Notes: generated from the sequence alone by a model not told the origin. DNA of 64,000 nucleotides from Chloroflexota bacterium (GCA_028874075.1 JAPPLU010000037.1:37318-101317); one strand, 5' to 3'. Counted from the first letter of the stretch, positions 29,407 to 39,604 are shown. A program made the numbers and translations.

Positions 29407-29964
29407 ATGAGCAAACGCATCTGGCTGCTAGTGGCCGCCGGGGCGCCCCTGCTGGCGTTTTTGGGAATCCTGGTTTGGGCGTCGACGCAAACCGGAGGCC
29501 GCGCCGGGGGTATGGGAGTCAACACCGAGTTCGGTGTGGCTGAGGTGGATAGAGAGCTAGCACCAGACTTCAGCCTCATCCTGCAGGATGGGACACATGT
29601 TGCACTCTCTGACCTGAAAGGCAAGGTAGTCCTGTTGGACTTTTGGGCCTCGTGGTGCGCCCCATGCAGGCAGGAAGCTCCCGTCCTTCAGGAGACTTAC
29701 CTGGAATACGCCGGAGCCGACGTGGAGTTCCTGGGAGTGAACATCTGGGATTTGCCCGACAACGCAGCCACCTACGTGGAGCAGTTTGAAATAAGTTACC
29801 CCAACGGAGTGGACGAGGACGGAAAAATTGCCATTGACTACGGTGTTCAGGGCATTCCCGAGAAGTTCTTCATTGACCGCAATGGGCAGATCCGGCAGAA
29901 ATTCGTCGGCCCCATCAGGGAGTCAGCTCTGAAGGAAACTCTGGATGCCCTGAGTGCGGAGTAG
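29407..29964 (+). CDS. thiol:disulfide oxidoreductase, TlpA/ResA/CcmG family
   Basis: Membrane anchor followed by LLDFWASWCAPCRQEAP (a thioredoxin CxxC). ATG 29407 has a GGAGG RBS, and the listed start 29323 overlaps the previous gene. Confidence 0.85.
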   Translation: MSKRIWLLVAAGAPLLAFLGILVWASTQTGGRAGGMGVNTEFGVAEVDRELAPDFSLILQDGTHVALSDLKGKVVLLDFWASWCAPCRQEAPVLQETYLEYAGADVEFLGVNIWDLPDNAATYVEQFEISYPNGVDEDGKIAIDYGVQGIPEKFFIDRNGQIRQKFVGPIRESALKETLDALSAE

Positions 29965-30192
29965 GCCAGCAGTAAAGGGCTGGTTGTTACGAGTCCGGCG
30001 GTGACGGGTTCACCATGGGGCGGATCCGTTGGTGTCCTGTTTTCCGGAGTCGGTCGGCAACCGGGTTTCTGCTGCTTGAATGCAGCCTCGCTTGCTTTCC
30101 CCCGGCGTAGTTTTCATTTCAAGTGTAGCGGTATAACATAATCTAGTGTTTGGCCTGAAGCCCCTGGCATTGCCGGTGGAAAATCGAAAGGA

Positions 30193-31203
30193 GTGAGTGG
30201 GGAGATGATGCAGGAAGGTTCGGTGGCATTGGCAATGGACTGGGGCGGTACCTGGTGCCGCATCGCCGTGGTCAGTCGCGATGGCAGGATTCTGTGGCAG
30301 TCCCGAGTGAGAAACGCTGCGGGGGCCGAGAAGGAGCAACTGTTGGAAGGCGCCCTGGACTTGATCCAGCAGGCCAGGGACTGGAGCGGGACCGGCAGAC
30401 CCATTTTCGGCCTGGGTGTGGCGGCGGCAGGACCGGTCGAATCGGATTCGGGCACTCTACGGGAACCGCCCAACTTGCCGGCACTGGACGGTGTGTCCCT
30501 TAAGTCTGCCTGGGAATCCAAGCTGGGTTTTCCGGTGCGTGTCGGCAACGACGCCAACCTGGCCGCCTTGGGCGAGTATGCCTATGGAGCCGGCCTGGAA
30601 GCCCGCCAGTTTCGGGCGGAGTCCAATAGCCTAGTCTACATTACCGTCAGCACCGGCATTGGCGGCGGCGTTATCGACAGGGGCAAGTTGTTGCTGGGCG
30701 GCCGGGGACTGGCTGGCGAAGTAGGGCACATGGTAATTGATATGCGTCTCGAGGCGCCGGTATGCCAGTGCGGGAACAGAGGCTGCCTTGAGTCGCTGGC
30801 TTCCGGTACGGCCATTGCCAAAGTGGCGCGGGAGAAGGCAGCCGAGCCCGGAGAGAAGGACGGAATACTGGGGGAACTGGAACCCGGGTTGATTACCGCG
30901 GAACGGGTGCTGGACGCTGCAGGCGAGGGCGACTCGTTGGCTTGGGGCATTCTTGAGAACGTGATAGATTCGCTGTCGGTGGGAATGACCAATCTGCTGC
31001 ACCTTTACAACCCGGACGTGGTTGTCATGGGCGGTGGAGTTACCTTCGGCCTGGTACGAATGGGGCTGTTGCCCAGCATCTACGGGCAAATGCAGCAGAG
31101 GGCCATGACTGATGGTCACCGTAATTTCCAACTCATCCCCAGCCGCCTGGGGGACGCGCCCGGTATGCTGGGGGCGGCCAGCCTGGTGTGGAACGGCGGG
31201 TAG
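30193..31203 (+). CDS. ROK-family sugar kinase (glucokinase-like)
   Basis: GNDANLAALGE, the zinc motif CQCGNRGCLE and GGG. The start could be GTG 30193 or ATG 30205. Confidence 0.8.
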   Translation: MSGEMMQEGSVALAMDWGGTWCRIAVVSRDGRILWQSRVRNAAGAEKEQLLEGALDLIQQARDWSGTGRPIFGLGVAAAGPVESDSGTLREPPNLPALDGVSLKSAWESKLGFPVRVGNDANLAALGEYAYGAGLEARQFRAESNSLVYITVSTGIGGGVIDRGKLLLGGRGLAGEVGHMVIDMRLEAPVCQCGNRGCLESLASGTAIAKVAREKAAEPGEKDGILGELEPGLITAERVLDAAGEGDSLAWGILENVIDSLSVGMTNLLHLYNPDVVVMGGGVTFGLVRMGLLPSIYGQMQQRAMTDGHRNFQLIPSRLGDAPGMLGAASLVWNGG

Positions 31204-31272
31204 TGGCCCGAGGTAACTCTTGCCGGAATGAGACGTGCCGGCTGACTGATCCGCCGATGGGGACACGCGGGG

Positions 31273-32040
31273 CTAGAAAATGTACCTGCCGCCCATTACG
31301 TTCAGCCTGTCTCCCGTTATGTAGCCGGACTCGTCGGAAGCAAAGAACAGGCAGGCCTCGGCGATGTCGTGCACCGTACCCTGGCGCCGCATAGGGATAC
31401 TGGCTACGTGGGAGTCGGAACCGCGGGCCACATCCTGAAATTCGGGATACCATTCAGGGTGGGCGCGGGTAGTGTCGGTGGAACCCGGGTTCACCATGTT
31501 GGCGCGAATGTTGTATGGGGCCATCTCCGCCGCCACTGCGCGGATCAGCCCCAGGAGCCCGGTCTTGGCCGTGGTTACAAGGGCAGTATCCGGCCTTCCC
31601 GTGATGGCTGACTGGCCACCCATGGCGATAATGCTGCCGCTTCGCCGTTCCATCATGCCCGGCAGTACGGCCTTGATCAGGTAGAAGGCGGGGAACAGGT
31701 TGATCTCCATTACCTGCTGCCATTCTTCGTTGGAAATCTCCAGAATGGGCTTGTGCGGGCGGATTGCGACGTTGCTAACCAGGATGTCGACTTTGCCCAG
31801 GGCGGCGATTCCCTGCTCCACTACTCCGGCGGCGGTATTGGGGTCGGAAACGTCCCCCATAGCCAGGTGGGTGTTGACCCCCAACTCCCGGCACTGGGCC
31901 GCTAGCTCTTCGAGTTCCTTCAGGCTTTGGCGCGTGTTCAGTACCAGATCTGCCCCTTCTCGCGCGAAGGTCAAGGCTACCTGCCGACCTATGTTCCTGC
32001 TGGCGCCCGTAATCAGCGCCGTTTTTCCCTGTAGACGCAT
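31273..32040 (-). CDS. SDR-family oxidoreductase
   Basis: MRLQGKTALITGASRNIGRQ (TGxxxxxG). ATG 32040 is preceded by AGGAGG. It is a paralogue of 49301..50053 (shared NPGSxDTxRAxPEWYP). Confidence 0.85.
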   Translation of the reverse strand: MRLQGKTALITGASRNIGRQVALTFAREGADLVLNTRQSLKELEELAAQCRELGVNTHLAMGDVSDPNTAAGVVEQGIAALGKVDILVSNVAIRPHKPILEISNEEWQQVMEINLFPAFYLIKAVLPGMMERRSGSIIAMGGQSAITGRPDTALVTTAKTGLLGLIRAVAAEMAPYNIRANMVNPGSTDTTRAHPEWYPEFQDVARGSDSHVASIPMRRQGTVHDIAEACLFFASDESGYITGDRLNVMGGRYIF

Positions 32041-32359
32041 AAGTCCTCCTTGCAGCCGTCCGGAAAGGGGTGGCGGAATTTGCCACGTTGTAGTGCAGTT
32101 GGAAGGTACCATAGAGTACAAGGGGACGCAATTATTGCCTCCCTGGAAGCAGATTTGCGATTCTGGCGGCTGACTGTACCGTAGGGCCGAGGTTGGGTGG
32201 CTTTTTGGGGTTCTTGAGACACAAGGATACCTTTTTCATCCAGTGAGACCCTATTCGTGCCCGCCCGGCTTAAGCCCAAATCGGGAAGTGGGCCTATTGA
32301 CGGATGACGCTCGAGGTAGTAATCTTGGCCTCAGTCCACTGGGAACTTTTACAATTAAA

Positions 32360-32545
32360 AAGCACCTGAAGGTGTCCGCCGCAGGCGGATGAAAAGGGAA
32401 GCCGGTGAAACTCCGGCGTGGTCGCGCCACTGTAACTGGCAAGAACCTGCCCAATCCTGAATGGAAGCCACTGTCCGCCTCAGGCGGATGGGAAGGCGGG
32501 CAAGTTCGTTAATAGCCAGGAGCCAGGAGACCTGCCTTCAGCTGA
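32360..32545 (+). promoter_or_regulatory. cobalamin (B12) riboswitch aptamer
   Basis: AAGGGAAGCCGGTGAAACTCCGGCG..GCGCCACTGTAA...GCCACTG..GGGAAGGCGG...AGCCAGGAGACCTGCC (B12 box). P1 pairs CTGAAGG (32366-72) with CCTTCAG (32535-41). Confidence 0.85.
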
Positions 32546-32592
32546 GTACCAGGTACGCTTCGCGGTAGGGTGTATGGTGTTTTGAAGAATTC

Positions 32593-32627
32593 AGCCTGAC
32601 CGGGAAGGTCAGGCTTTTTTGGTTTTT
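32593..32627 (+). terminator. riboswitch expression-platform intrinsic terminator
   Basis: 9-bp stem agcctgacc / ggtcaggct with loop gggaa, followed by TTTTTTGGTTTTT. Confidence 0.75.
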
Positions 32628-32905
32628 GGGCGGTCCCTGGCAGCGGCAAGGTTGCCGTTCCAATGTGAAGCAACTCCCGCCCGGCGCGGCAAGCGCCAGG
32701 CATTCTCGATGGGAGTTGGCTGGGTGGTTTCCAATCAGGTCGTGCAGGTCCTCCTCCCCTCATGACCGGTGGGCGCAGCAAGTCTGTGCCCTGGCGACCA
32801 TCCAGCCAACTCGCTGGCGCCGGCTCTGTCTCTCCCTTCTCGGCGCTGGCAATATGGGCTACAAGATATCATAATGGGCTCAACCGGGTCACCGTGGAGG
32901 TTGGA

Positions 32906-33301
32906 ATGTTGCGTCAGCTTCTGGAAGAGTGCCAGCAGGGGTTTAACCAGGTGGGCTTTAACGAAGTTGTACTGATGTTGTCCAACACCGCCGCAACTTC
33001 CGAAGTCTACATGGATATGGACGACTTACGGTTTTCCGAAGACGGGAATATCATCACATTTGTGGCGGAAGGCGGCACTCATCTTCATATGTACCTGGAC
33101 CGTGTAACAGAAGTTCGGCTCCAGCACCGGATGAACGATGAGGGGTTGCCCAGTTATTCCGTCTGGTTCATGGACGAGAACGACGACCCGATAATGCGAA
33201 TTTACCTTCGCAAGTCGGAGAATGAAGAAACAAACCAGCCACGGCACGAACTTTTCCTTGCCCTAATGGAAAAATATGGAACTAAGGTTACATTGGTTTA
33301 G
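32906..33301 (+). CDS. HutX/ChuX (HemS-domain)-like tetrapyrrole-binding protein
   Basis: 131 aa from ATG 32906 (GTGGAGG RBS 5 nt upstream). GGTHLHMYLDRVTEVRL...SYSVWFMDENDDPIMRIYLRKSENEE parallels the HutX/ChuS pattern (H.H..L..V..V..., S..FF...G....K[IV]YL.R.E), as I recall it. Confidence 0.5.
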   Translation: MLRQLLEECQQGFNQVGFNEVVLMLSNTAATSEVYMDMDDLRFSEDGNIITFVAEGGTHLHMYLDRVTEVRLQHRMNDEGLPSYSVWFMDENDDPIMRIYLRKSENEETNQPRHELFLALMEKYGTKVTLV

Positions 33302-33401
33302 TTCAGTCTCGATCGCCGCATTTCCTGCTGCCGATTTCCTGCCTGAGTCAGGCAATCTAAAGTTCGCGCCGTCCCGTGTCCGGCCAAGCATGTGAGGGTC
33401 A

Positions 33402-34763
33402 ATGACCAAGGCCGTAGTTATAGCCGGTGTCCGCAGCGGCGTTGGCAAAACCACTATAGCCACAGGAATCATGGGCGCACTTACTCGTCGCGGCCATCAG
33501 GTACAACCCTTCAAGGCCGGCCCCGACTATATCGACCCCTCCTACCACAACCTGGCATGCGGAGTACCGTCCCGTAACCTGGACACCTGGCTGTTGCCTC
33601 ACCCCACGGTTACTGAACTGTTTCGCCGGGCTGGTGATGACGACAAGGTCTGCGTGGTAGAAGGCGTGATGGGCGTATTTGACGGCCATTCCAGCCTGAC
33701 AGAGGAAGGGTCCACAGCCCAATTGGCCAAGCTTTTGAACGCCCCCGTCATTCTGGTAGTCGACGCCGCCAAGGTGGCCCGCAGCGTGGCGGCCGAGGTC
33801 CTGGGCTACCAGACCTTTGACCCTTCCCTGCGCATAGCCGGTGTGATCCTGAATGGAGTCGGCGGCCTCCGGCACATGGAATTCTGTCAGCCACAGATAG
33901 AGGCTACCACCGGCTTGCCGGTGCTGGGCTACTTGCCAAGACGAGAGGCGTTCGTCCAGCCCGAACGGCATTTGGGTCTAATTCCCACGGTAGAAGGCAC
34001 GGTTGTCCAGGAATGGTATGACGCCCTTGTGGCCCAGGTGGAAGAAACCATCGACCTGGACCGAATTCTGAAAATATCCGGCACCGCAAGCCCGCCAAGT
34101 GGAGACCCGCAGGTCTATCCCTCAGAACCGCAACCGGTAGCGTCCCGCATCGCAATAGCCCAGGACAAGGCCTTCAGCTTTTATTACCAGGACTCTTTGG
34201 ACCTCTTACAAGCCTGGGGGGCAGAACTGGCGCCGTTCAGCCCATTAGCCGATCAAGCTCTCCCCGAAGGCGTGGGCGGCGTTTACATCGGCGGCGGATT
34301 CCCCGAGATGTTCGCCAGGGAGTTATCGGAAAACCGTCCAATGCTGGATTCAATGCGGGACGCTTTGGCCAGGAATATTCCGGTGTATGCCGAATGCGGT
34401 GGCCTGATGTACCTGGGCCGCAGTCTTTCCGATCTGGATGGCGCAGAGTACCCAATGGTGGGGGCTCTTCCAGTCATAACTTCGATGAGTAACCGAAGGC
34501 TGACGCTGGGTTACCGGGAAGTGGAGGCTTGCGAGGAAACGCCGATTCTGAAACGGGGACAACGAGTGCGCGGGCATGAATTTCACTGGTCTGTGCTGAC
34601 GGAACAACCCACTGCCGAACAGGCTGTCTACCGCGTAGTGGACCAGGAAAATCGCCTTGAAGGTTTCAGGGTCGGCAGCGTCTGGGCGTCCTATATTCAC
34701 GTGCATCTGGGAAGCGCGCCAGGCCTGGCTCGCAAGTTTGTCGAAACCTGCGTGTTAGAATAG
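33402..34763 (+). CDS. cbiA: cobyrinate a,c-diamide synthase
   Basis: [20 protein letters not shown]-loop and a C-terminal glutamine amidotransferase with [11 protein letters not shown]. Confidence 0.9.
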   Translation: MTKAVVIAGVRSGVGKTTIATGIMGALTRRGHQVQPFKAGPDYIDPSYHNLACGVPSRNLDTWLLPHPTVTELFRRAGDDDKVCVVEGVMGVFDGHSSLTEEGSTAQLAKLLNAPVILVVDAAKVARSVAAEVLGYQTFDPSLRIAGVILNGVGGLRHMEFCQPQIEATTGLPVLGYLPRREAFVQPERHLGLIPTVEGTVVQEWYDALVAQVEETIDLDRILKISGTASPPSGDPQVYPSEPQPVASRIAIAQDKAFSFYYQDSLDLLQAWGAELAPFSPLADQALPEGVGGVYIGGGFPEMFARELSENRPMLDSMRDALARNIPVYAECGGLMYLGRSLSDLDGAEYPMVGALPVITSMSNRRLTLGYREVEACEETPILKRGQRVRGHEFHWSVLTEQPTAEQAVYRVVDQENRLEGFRVGSVWASYIHVHLGSAPGLARKFVETCVLE

Positions 34764-34836
34764 GCTTACCTGCTTGGTCCGGTTCACCGAGGAACCGATT
34801 GAGGGGCAGGCAAACCAGCCGGAGGATAGTTGCAGA

Positions 34837-35409
34837 ATGAGCACAAACCAGGAGACCCAGGAAGGGCCCCAGTCGGTAAAGGGTCCCCGCATTAACAAGG
34901 GCCTGGTTATTGTCAACACGGGTAACGGCAAGGGCAAGACCACGGCAGCGATGGGGGTTCTGTTCCGCGCCTGGGGCCGCGACATGCGGGTCATTATGCT
35001 GCAATTCATCAAACATACCACTGCCAACTTCGGAGAGCAGCGGGCGGCTCAGAAAATTGGCGTCTCCATGCGGGCCATGGGCGACGGATTTACCTGGCGA
35101 TCCCGAGACCTGGATCAGAGCGCCGACTTGGCCCGAGCGTTGTGGGAAGACGCCAAGGAAGTGCTGGCGTCGGAAGATTACGACGTGGTTGTGCTGGATG
35201 AATTCACCTACCCTATGCACTATGGCTGGATAGAAACGGAAGAAGTTCTTGAGGCACTCCGGAATCGCCCGGAAATGGTTCACGTAATAATCACCGGCCG
35301 GCACGCTCCCGATGCCCTGGTTGACTACGCGGACCTGGTGACGGAGATGAACGTAGTCAAGCATCCCTACCAGAGCGGCATAAAAGCCCAACCAGGCATT
35401 GAGTTTTAG
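34837..35409 (+). CDS. cobO: cob(I)yrinic acid a,c-diamide adenosyltransferase (CobO/BtuR type)
   Basis: [25 protein letters not shown] and LDEFTYPM. I prefer ATG 34837 over the listed TTG 34774. Confidence 0.9.
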   Translation: MSTNQETQEGPQSVKGPRINKGLVIVNTGNGKGKTTAAMGVLFRAWGRDMRVIMLQFIKHTTANFGEQRAAQKIGVSMRAMGDGFTWRSRDLDQSADLARALWEDAKEVLASEDYDVVVLDEFTYPMHYGWIETEEVLEALRNRPEMVHVIITGRHAPDALVDYADLVTEMNVVKHPYQSGIKAQPGIEF

Positions 35410-35467
35410 CTGGCCGGCTTTCCCCGTCGGCGGGGCGCCTGGCCGCAATTGACTTCAGGAGACTTCT

Positions 35468-36544
35468 ATGACCATCTCACCACTGGTTGACACTACCGTC
35501 GACAGCATAACCCCCCTGAATGAGGCGGCCATGGCTGCGGCCCGGGCCAGGCAAGATACATTGACCAAACCCCTGGGCAGCCTGGGTCGGCTGGAAGACC
35601 TGTCTGTCATGCTGGCCGGCATGTTTGGCGATCCGGTACCCCGCATCAACCGAAAGTCGGTAATCCTGGCTGCCGCAGACCACGGCGTTGTGGCCGAGGG
35701 GGTCAGCGCTTATCCCCAGGAAGTAACCCCTCAAATGGTGTATAACTTCCTGCGGGGCGGCGCCGGAATTAATGTGCTGGCCCGCCATGCCGGAGCCGAT
35801 ATTGTAATCCTGGATGCGGGTGTGGCCTCGGACCTGGAGCCTAACCCCCTGCTGCGATCGGTTAAGGTAGCTTACGGCACGGCCAACATGGCGGTGGGCC
35901 CGGCCATGACCCGTGAGCAGGCCATTCGCTGCCTGGAAATAGGTATCGATGCTGCCAGAGAGCAGATTGGGGAAGGAGCGGACCTGATTGCCTGCGGCGA
36001 CATGGGAATTGGCAATACCACTGCATCCAGCGCAATAACGTCCGTTGTCACAGGCGCCGATCCGTCGACGACGACAGGCCGGGGCACTGGCCTGGACGAT
36101 CCGGGCCTGGCCCATAAGGTTGAAGTGATCCGGAGGGCTATCGATGTGAACCAACCGGATCGGGCCGATGGCCTTGATGTCCTAACCAAAGTGGGTGGGC
36201 TGGAAATAGGGGTACTGGCCGGCGCCATGCTGGGAACGGCGGCCAGCAACCGGCCAGTGGTCGTGGACGGCTTCATTTCGGGAGCAGCAGCCCTGATAGC
36301 CTGGCTCATTTCCCCGACGGCGCGGGACTACTTCATCGCCGCCCATCAGTCGGTGGAGCCGGGCCATCGAGTGGGCCTGGATGCCATGGGCCTTACGCCC
36401 CTGCTGGACATGAACATGCGCCTGGGCGAAGGCACCGGCGCCGCGCTGGCCATGCACCTGATAGAAGCGGCGTCCCTCTGCCTGGCAGAGATGGCAACCT
36501 TTGCCGAGGCGGGCGTTTCGGAACGCAGCGATGATGAGGAGTAG
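35468..36544 (+). CDS. cobT: nicotinate-nucleotide--dimethylbenzimidazole phosphoribosyltransferase
   Basis: LTKPLGSLGRLE, GDMGIGNTTASSA and a C-terminal MRLGEGTGAA. Confidence 0.9.
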   Translation: MTISPLVDTTVDSITPLNEAAMAAARARQDTLTKPLGSLGRLEDLSVMLAGMFGDPVPRINRKSVILAAADHGVVAEGVSAYPQEVTPQMVYNFLRGGAGINVLARHAGADIVILDAGVASDLEPNPLLRSVKVAYGTANMAVGPAMTREQAIRCLEIGIDAAREQIGEGADLIACGDMGIGNTTASSAITSVVTGADPSTTTGRGTGLDDPGLAHKVEVIRRAIDVNQPDRADGLDVLTKVGGLEIGVLAGAMLGTAASNRPVVVDGFISGAAALIAWLISPTARDYFIAAHQSVEPGHRVGLDAMGLTPLLDMNMRLGEGTGAALAMHLIEAASLCLAEMATFAEAGVSERSDDEE

Positions 36545-36646
36545 CCGACAAGTAAAGACCGGGCACACTTTCGATGGTGCGCATTGCCCAATTCTCTTGC
36601 AGTCCTCTTGCTTTCAGCACAACGGTTGGACCTAGGGTAGAAACAG

Positions 36647-37447
36647 TTGGCCTCCCTACTGGCTGCCCTGAGCTTCTTGACCATTTTCCCCTCGCCAAAG
36701 AGCGCGGATCTTTCCCAGCAGGTTGTCAGCAACTCCCGCGCCTGGTTTCCGCTGGTGGGCTTGCTTATCGGCATCCTGATGGTGGGGCTGGAATGGTCGT
36801 TGGGATATCTCTTCCCCCCGTACCTGACTGCAGCTCTGCTGGTGGTCTTACTGGTAATCGTTAATAGGGCGCTGCACCTGGACGGCTTGATGGATTCCTG
36901 CGACGGGCTCTTCGGCGGAAATACACCGGAGCGTCGTAGGGAGATTATGCGGGATTCCAGCGTGGGAGCTTTTGCGGTGGCGGGCGCCGGCAGCGTCCTT
37001 CTTCTCAAGTACGGCGCGCTCTTGTCTCTGCTGTCGGTGAGCGTTCCGGGCAAGGAGGCGGCGCTACTGGTTTTTCCGGTCGTCTCCCGGTATGCCATGG
37101 TGCTCCAGTTGATGGTGTATAACTATGTTCGCACGCCCGGCCTGGGGTCTCCCTTTCACGGCAGAGACGCCCGGATTCCCTCCATCGTGGCGGCGATTAT
37201 AGCGGCCCTGGCTGTCGGGATATTGGGAGGCCTGGGCGGAATCTTGATACTGGCGGCAATATGCCTGTTTGCCCTGGCTCTGGGGCAGGTGGCCGTCAGG
37301 TTAATTGGGGGATTGACGGGCGACATATACGGGGCCACAAACGAGCTATCGGAAGTGGCCGCTCTACTAGGCGCAGTTGCGCTGTTGCCCCTGGGATTGC
37401 TTTCTCCCGTAACCCACCAGGTGAGTACTTATCTTGGGGCCTTCTGA
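36647..37447 (+). CDS. cobS: adenosylcobinamide-GDP ribazoletransferase (cobalamin synthase)
   Basis: ALSFLTIFP, HLDGLMDSCDG and GLTGDIYGA in a polytopic membrane protein. Confidence 0.85.
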   Translation: MASLLAALSFLTIFPSPKSADLSQQVVSNSRAWFPLVGLLIGILMVGLEWSLGYLFPPYLTAALLVVLLVIVNRALHLDGLMDSCDGLFGGNTPERRREIMRDSSVGAFAVAGAGSVLLLKYGALLSLLSVSVPGKEAALLVFPVVSRYAMVLQLMVYNYVRTPGLGSPFHGRDARIPSIVAAIIAALAVGILGGLGGILILAAICLFALALGQVAVRLIGGLTGDIYGATNELSEVAALLGAVALLPLGLLSPVTHQVSTYLGAF

Positions 37448-38405
37448 CTTGCCCAGTTACCTGGCCGGCATCCCTCTTGATGTGGGGGTTGTCTTGCTGG
37501 CCATTTTGCTGGACCTAGTCGGCAGGGAATTTCCGGCGCGGCTGCATCCTACGGTCTGGATAGGCAATACCATCCGCCTGGCGGAACAAGCAGCTCCCCG
37601 CACCAGGGTTGGAGGATTGACTGTCGGAGCCCTGATGGCGTTGCTAATTCCCGCCGTCTGGGCGGTGGCAGCCTGGCTGGCAGCGTGGGGCCTGCGGGAA
37701 CTGCACCCACTGGCATACCTGCTGGGTGGCGCGATATTGTTGAAATCCACCTTTGCGGTGGGGATGCTGCACCGGGTCGCTGCCAAGACCCGTTCGCTGG
37801 TTGTGGCTGGGGATATGCCGGCCCTTAGGGAAAATATGCGGTCGTTGGTCAGCCGGGATGTATCGGCGATGGGTTCTGAGCAGGCCGTCGCCGCCACGGT
37901 AGAGTCAGTCTCCGAGAATACGACCGACAGTTTTGTCGGCCCCTGGCTGGCTTTTGCCTTTTTTGGTCTTCCGGGAGCCTTTGCCTACCGCGCCATCAAT
38001 ACGCTGGACAGTATGATAGGCTATCGTGGCGAGTACGAATTCCTTGGCAAGGTGGCGGCCAGGCTGGACGACCTGGTGAACCTGGCGCCGGCGCGACTGA
38101 CTGCCCTGCTTTTGGCTTTGGGAAGCGTCCTGCTGCCTGGGCAGCGGGCCGCCGAGGCGTGGCGCATAATGTGGCGCGATCACTCCCTGACAGCCAGTCC
38201 CAACGCGGGCTGGACAATGAGCTGTATGGCCGGGGCTTTGGGCGTGGCGTTGGAGAAGGAAGGTCATTACCGTTTAGGCGACGCCAGCCGTCCCCTGGAA
38301 GCAGCTGACATCACCCGCGCCGTACATTCCATGTATTTCATTGCGGGAGTGGCGGCGGTGATGGTGGTGGCCCTGATCATCGTAAAGGAACGGTTCCTGG
38401 GGTGA
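37434..38405 (+). CDS. cbiB: adenosylcobinamide-phosphate synthase
   Basis: HPTVWIGN, SENTTDSFVGPW..FG..GAFAYRAINTLDSMIGY and PNAGW. The start is uncertain and the listed ORF overlaps the cobS end. Confidence 0.88.
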   Translation: MGPSDLPSYLAGIPLDVGVVLLAILLDLVGREFPARLHPTVWIGNTIRLAEQAAPRTRVGGLTVGALMALLIPAVWAVAAWLAAWGLRELHPLAYLLGGAILLKSTFAVGMLHRVAAKTRSLVVAGDMPALRENMRSLVSRDVSAMGSEQAVAATVESVSENTTDSFVGPWLAFAFFGLPGAFAYRAINTLDSMIGYRGEYEFLGKVAARLDDLVNLAPARLTALLLALGSVLLPGQRAAEAWRIMWRDHSLTASPNAGWTMSCMAGALGVALEKEGHYRLGDASRPLEAADITRAVHSMYFIAGVAAVMVVALIIVKERFLG

Positions 38406-39517
38406 AGACTGAACCCAAACCTGCCCAACAATCCAGCGGCCGACCGGTACACGGCGGTATCCGGCCGGCTCAATTGCGTACACTCGGGCTGGACTCGTCG
38501 GATGTGCTGGATTTCAGCGCCAGCGTGAGTCCCCTCGGCCCACCTAAGGGACTCTGGGAGGCTTTGCAGGGAGTTGATCTCACGGCCTACCCGGACCCGG
38601 AATGCCTGGAGCTGAAGGAGGCGCTGGCAGAGCTTCACGGGTTAGATGTAGACCATGTCCTTGTGGGAAACGGTTCTACCGAGCTTATACATTTGCTGGC
38701 CCGGTCATATTTGAACCAACCCATCGGTGGGGTCGAACGCTCCGTGCTGACATTTACGCCCACCTACGGCGAATATTCGGGCGCCGGCCTGCTGGAAGGG
38801 GCAAAAATCCGGGAGGTTGCAGCGTGTCGCGAAGCAGGGTTTGCCTGGGACCTGGAACGGGCCGCCGAGTTAATTGCCACCCGGAAACCGGCCCTGGCGT
38901 TCCTATGCAACCCCAACAATCCCACCGGCGTATACCTGGGCAGTGAGGATGTTGCGGGTCTAGTCCTGGCAGCCAAGGGATCGGGAACCCTTTTGGTATT
39001 GGACGAAGCCTATGTAAATTTTGTTGAGGACCGGTGGGATGCCACGTCTTTGCTGGAGGGAAGCGCCAGGAAGAGTGTCGTTCTGCTTCGGTCAATGACA
39101 AAGGACTATGCACTGACCGGCTTGCGGCTTGGTTATGCCCTTGCCTCGCCGGAGGTTGTGTCCAGGCTGGGCAGGCTGCAGCCGGACTGGAGCGTCAACA
39201 GCCTGGCACAAATTGGCGGACTGTACGCATTGGCCGACACCGGCTACCTGCCCGGCGCGCGCCGGGCAGTTGGGGAGGCGAAGGACTTTCTGTTGGAAAG
39301 CTTCAAACAAATGGGATTCCATCCGCTACCGTCTGTTGCCAATTATCTCCTGGTGGAGGTTGGGGATGGAGCCGTGTGGCGGGAAAAACTGATGCGCCGC
39401 GGGTTATTTGTTCGTGATTGCGCTTCCTTTGGGCTGCCAGACTGCATTCGCATAGGGATCAGGGCCATGCCGGACTGCCGGAGACTGGTTGGCGCCATGA
39501 TGGCGGAGGTGGATTGA
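38402..39517 (+). CDS. cobD: threonine-phosphate decarboxylase (class I/II aminotransferase fold)
   Basis: PLP-lysine region SMTKDYALTGLRLGY and NPNNPTG. Its GTG start overlaps the cbiB stop (GTGA), and the cob operon context supports the call. Confidence 0.75.
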   Translation: MKTEPKPAQQSSGRPVHGGIRPAQLRTLGLDSSDVLDFSASVSPLGPPKGLWEALQGVDLTAYPDPECLELKEALAELHGLDVDHVLVGNGSTELIHLLARSYLNQPIGGVERSVLTFTPTYGEYSGAGLLEGAKIREVAACREAGFAWDLERAAELIATRKPALAFLCNPNNPTGVYLGSEDVAGLVLAAKGSGTLLVLDEAYVNFVEDRWDATSLLEGSARKSVVLLRSMTKDYALTGLRLGYALASPEVVSRLGRLQPDWSVNSLAQIGGLYALADTGYLPGARRAVGEAKDFLLESFKQMGFHPLPSVANYLLVEVGDGAVWREKLMRRGLFVRDCASFGLPDCIRIGIRAMPDCRRLVGAMMAEVD

Positions 39518-39604
39518 CGGCAAGGGTGGCCAGGCTTTCCGTTGATTTCTCAATTCAGGCAGGCTTGCACAAGTTGACAGACCGAAACTGAGGAGAACAC
39601 TTCC

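Noticed and set aside
31273-32040. Two paralogous SDR genes (31273..32040- and 49301..50053+) as a segmental duplication.
   Set aside because: The similarity is at the protein-motif level only, and the flanking genes differ. It is an ordinary paralogous family expansion.
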